From Limnothrix sp. BL-A-16 (GTDB lineage Bacteria; Cyanobacteriota; Cyanobacteriia; CACIAM-69d), in the NCBI GenBank assembly GCA_041937175.2, contig CP166615.1, forward strand, positions 2,304,001-2,368,000: a DNA stretch of 64,000 nt, in the 5' to 3' direction. Below are positions 60,519 through 64,000 of this stretch, in pieces; position 1 is the first letter of the stretch, and every line of letters starts with the position of its first letter. A program made the translations under genes and the position numbers. The notes beneath the pieces were generated by a model that saw only the letters and a program-made list of their open reading frames with translations, ran no database searches and was not told where the DNA came from.

Positions 60519-60865
60519 GAGCCTGTCGTCATTTCCTGAGATCAGGCAGAAACGATTGATTTCCCATGCCCCAACCGTCGTAACAAGGGGCTTAAGCCCC
60601 TTGTCTCCCACGATCCGCTAACGGTGGAACCAGGGTTTTGGGTTAAAAGACGACAAGCCCTAAGCCCCTTGTCTCCCACGATCCGCTAACGGTGGAACCA
60701 GGGTTTTGGGTTAAAAGACGACAAGCCCTAAGCCCCTTGTCCCTCACGATCCGCTAACGGTAGATCTAGGATTTTGGGTTAAACGACGACAAGCCCTAAA
60801 GCCCCTTGTCCTCCACGATCTGCTAACGGTGGAACCAGGGTTTCAGGTAATTTGACGACAACCCC
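60519..60865 (-). mobile_element. Nested/tandem family A MITE array (one arm once, the other arm four times, 68-69 bp each)
   Basis: Units at 60593, 60661, 60729 and 60797, each running from TAAGCCCCTTG (TAAAGCCCCTTG in the fourth) to the TIR GACGACAAGCCC (GACGACAACCCC in the fourth). Confidence 0.85.
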
Positions 60866-62020
60866 CAACATTTCAGCCCCCATTTGAGCCAATCCTCCAA
60901 AACTCGGCTCCCTAAACCCATGTTTACTCCGTGCCCAGTTGCTCCCCAGCATCTGGGTTCAGTCGTTTGGGCGATCGCCTGGTTCGTCAACGGCCGGAAG
61001 CCAACCCAAAAGCCTCCCAGAAGCATGGGCTAAAGGGCAACACCACAGGAACCCGAGCGATCGAACCAGCCCCCCAACGGATTCTGGCCAGGTTGCCGGA
61101 TCGACGGGGATCAATTGGTAAAAGTAAGCGATTCATCATAACTACCCCCTAGACACCTCGTTGAATTACCCTCGCGGGTTGCTCTTTAAGGGGCCTTGAA
61201 CCAAGACTTGTTTTCTTGCTATGCCTTGGGTAAATGTGCCAACATAAGCTTCTTTTTGATCGTGGTTCTCCAGTCAAAAAAAGACCGTCATTTATTAAAA
61301 TTGAATCATTTTTCCTGAAAACCCTCTCAAAGTTCACTCAACTTAGATCAAGCCAGTAGGAGAAAAGCTCAATTTGCAGCCCATCTTAGACCGATTTAAT
61401 ACATTTCTTGAGATTTTCTTCATAAAACCGATGAATGAGTCTCTTTTTGCATTTTTTTAAAGAAAGTTCATGAAGTTTCAGGGGATCAGAGTTTTCTCAA
61501 GGGGTTTTACATTTTTTTAAATTTCCATACAGGTTGTGACAATCTTCGCCACAATACAATCAGTGTTCGTTGCTTTAAATTCTCGGAAAATCTCACAATG
61601 AACCATTAATCAAGCTTCAACCTAGCTTTCTCAATCGATTTGTAGGAGGATAATTTTACATTCAAAGCCGTTACATTCAAAGCAGCACTGAGAAATGATG
61701 AGTCGAGAACCACCCACCTTGGTTAACTCGGTAATTCTTCCCATTCCCAATCCGCTCATCCTTTAACCCAAAGACTCACAGCGATCGTGATGGATGGAGA
61801 TTAGCATCATTTCTCAATGCGTCTTTAATCTGTGGGAAATTGCTTAAAAGATACCGTTGGGTTAACCGTTGGGTTAATTGTTCTTGATTTCGACTTGATC
61901 CGATTGCGACTCAATTTCCTACTTAATCTTTTTAGACTCCTATCATTGGCATTGACCAGTGAATCTTGATTGTTTTAACAACAATCTGCGCAATGCTTTC
62001 ATTTTTCCCAGCTCTAAATC

Positions 62021-64000
62021 ATGCATGATATCGCGCAAAACCCTGCTATCCACACACTCCTCAGCAAGATGCCAGGGGTTGCTTATCAGCTTTTGATGGA
62101 TCGTGATGGCCGATTGTCATTTCTGTTCATCAGCGAAAGCTGCTATCGCTTGTTTGGTCTTTCGGCAGAGGCAATCATGGCCGATAGTCACTGCCTGTTG
62201 TCGCGCATTCATAGCCGCGATCGCCGGGCTTTTCATCGATCGCTCCAAGCAGCCGCCCGCAATCGATCGTCCTGGTTTTGGCAAGGGCGATTTGATGGAC
62301 ACCAACATCAAGAATGTTGGGTGTATGCCACCTCAGAACCGGAATTATTGGAAGATGGTTCGATTTTGTGGCATGGCACTTTGATGGAGGTGAATTCCTT
62401 CAAGCAGGCGGAATCTCGGCTCAAGCGATCGCGGAAAACCGTCCACAAAGATCGAATGCGCTATCGCTACGCCCTGGATAGCACCAGCGAAGCGGTGGCC
62501 TTGGTTGATGCAGAGGGACAGCCGATTTATCACAACGGAGCGTTTGCCCGGTTGTTCCAGGTTGATGAGTTGTCGGTACTGGTGGCGGCGGGGGGCATAG
62601 CGAGTCTTTACACCCAGCCCCAAACTTGGCAAGCGATCTATGACTTGGTGCGATCGGATCGCTCTTGGGTGGGTGAGGTGACTATGAAAAGCACCCGTGG
62701 AAAAATGCTGACGATTTTTCTGCGAGTCAGCCCCATCCATGACGCAGATGGTTCCTATATGGGTTGCGTCAGTTTGTTTTCGGATGTGACCCTGAAGCGG
62801 CAGGCAGATCAGGAGCGCCGTCAACTGGCTGCTTTGGTGGAAAATAGTCCGAATCTAATCGGCATCACCAGCCTGGATGGCGAAGTTTTATATCTGAACG
62901 GGGCGGGCTTGGCCCTGGTGGGGTTGCCTAATTTATTGGCGGCCCAACATCACCAGCTCATGGACTTTTTCGCGGTGGAAGATCGCCCGATCGCGGCGGG
63001 ACTCATCCACCCGATCGCCCTCAGGGACGGCACCTGGAGCGGGGCTTTTCGGCTGTGGAATTTGCAAGCCCAAAGTTATATTCCCGTTGATTACACCATT
63101 TTTGTGATCCGCCATCCCCAAACGAACGATCCCCTTTGCTTGGGGGTGATTGCCCGGGACGCGAGCGATCGAGAAGCGGTGGAAGTGGCCTTGCGGGAAT
63201 CGGAAATGCGGTTGCGGCAACAGGCCAAAGACCTAGAAGAAACCATTAGCGAATTGCGTCACACCCAGGCTCAACTGATTCAACAGGAGAAGATGTCGAG
63301 TTTGGGCCAGTTGGTGGCGGGGGTGGCCCATGAGATCAATAACCCCGTGAACTTTATCTATGGCAATTTGGATCATGCCAAACGATATGCCATTGATTTG
63401 CTCAATTTGATTTTGCTTTGTCGAGAATATTTTGATTTTGAGGCGATTCCAGCGATCGCGGAGCATCTAGAAGACATTGATTTTGAATATCTCAGTCAGG
63501 ATCTACCTAAGTTATTTACTTCCATGAAAATGGGAGCCGATCGCATTAAAGCCATTATTAAATCCTTGCGCACCTTCTCGCGAATGGATGAATCAGAACT
63601 GAAGGAAGTGAATTTGCATGATGACTTAGAAAGCACCCTTACTATTTTGAATCATCGATTGCGGGGCAGTGATCAACACCCCTCCACGCAGGTGATTCGC
63701 AATTATGGGCATCTGAGTTTGGTGGAATGCCATCCGGGCCAACTCAATCAGGTGTTTATTAATATTCTGGCCAATTCGTTGGATGCACTGGAAGATCGCT
63801 ATCAGGTTGAGGGGAAGAATTTTCAGCCGCAAATTGTGATTTCCACTCGCCCCATTTTGGATAACCATTGGGTGCAAATTTCCATTTCGGACAATGGAGC
63901 AGGGATTCCAGAATCCATCCGAGCGCAGTTGTTTGACCCATTTTTCACCACAAAAGCAGTCGGCCGGGGAACAGGGCTGGGATTATCCATTAGCTATCAG
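62021..64000 (+). CDS. Multi-PAS sensor histidine kinase (3' end outside window; not in the ORF track)
   Basis: Manual translation from ATG 62021: three PAS-like domains, QEKMSSLGQLVAGVAHEINNP, DNGAGI, PFFTTK, GTGLGL. Confidence 0.93.
   Translation, partial: MHDIAQNPAIHTLLSKMPGVAYQLLMDRDGRLSFLFISESCYRLFGLSAEAIMADSHCLLSRIHSRDRRAFHRSLQAAARNRSSWFWQGRFDGHQHQECWVYATSEPELLEDGSILWHGTLMEVNSFKQAESRLKRSRKTVHKDRMRYRYALDSTSEAVALVDAEGQPIYHNGAFARLFQVDELSVLVAAGGIASLYTQPQTWQAIYDLVRSDRSWVGEVTMKSTRGKMLTIFLRVSPIHDADGSYMGCVSLFSDVTLKRQADQERRQLAALVENSPNLIGITSLDGEVLYLNGAGLALVGLPNLLAAQHHQLMDFFAVEDRPIAAGLIHPIALRDGTWSGAFRLWNLQAQSYIPVDYTIFVIRHPQTNDPLCLGVIARDASDREAVEVALRESEMRLRQQAKDLEETISELRHTQAQLIQQEKMSSLGQLVAGVAHEINNPVNFIYGNLDHAKRYAIDLLNLILLCREYFDFEAIPAIAEHLEDIDFEYLSQDLPKLFTSMKMGADRIKAIIKSLRTFSRMDESELKEVNLHDDLESTLTILNHRLRGSDQHPSTQVIRNYGHLSLVECHPGQLNQVFINILANSLDALEDRYQVEGKNFQPQIVISTRPILDNHWVQISISDNGAGIPESIRAQLFDPFFTTKAVGRGTGLGLSISYQ

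Noticed and set aside
60593..60865. Possible CRISPR array
   Set aside because: The whole 68-bp units are homologous with no unique spacers, they match MITE arms elsewhere in the window, and no cas genes are present

Overview
Chromosomal segment of a cyanobacterium, inferred from psbK, psaK, pcyA, ycf54, ccsA, a hetZ-like gene and very dense HIP1 (GCGATCGC) octamers; the hetZ-like gene suggests a filamentous strain. Most of the window is housekeeping and signalling: ctaD/ctaE, CPA2 antiporter, glmU, HtrA, glcD, ABC-F, rlmN, trpF, der, pdxJ, an ECF sigma/anti-sigma/Spy operon, a UvrD helicase, tRNA-Asn and three histidine kinases. The notable part is an accessory, defence-like cluster at about 18.4-29.9 kb between glcD and rlmN. 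It holds a membrane NACHT NTPase with an AT-rich internal cassette and a degenerate signal-peptidase tail, a small membrane protein coupled to an orphan MNT nucleotidyltransferase, a lone XisI, and a 1326-aa NLR-like CHAT protease-STAND-TPR protein. The 120-bp TPR repeats of that protein are near-identical except at a few codons, and one carries a 24-nt mini-element inserted in a HIP1 site. A Swt1-like HEPN-RNase III-dsRBD fusion lies convergent to it. Intergenic regions carry a TA-flanked MITE family whose central palindrome appears to be its own insertion target, giving nested, chimeric and tandem copies. No CRISPR array, rRNA, integrase, transposase or reverse transcriptase was seen. All calls come from motif recognition by eye; no searches were run.
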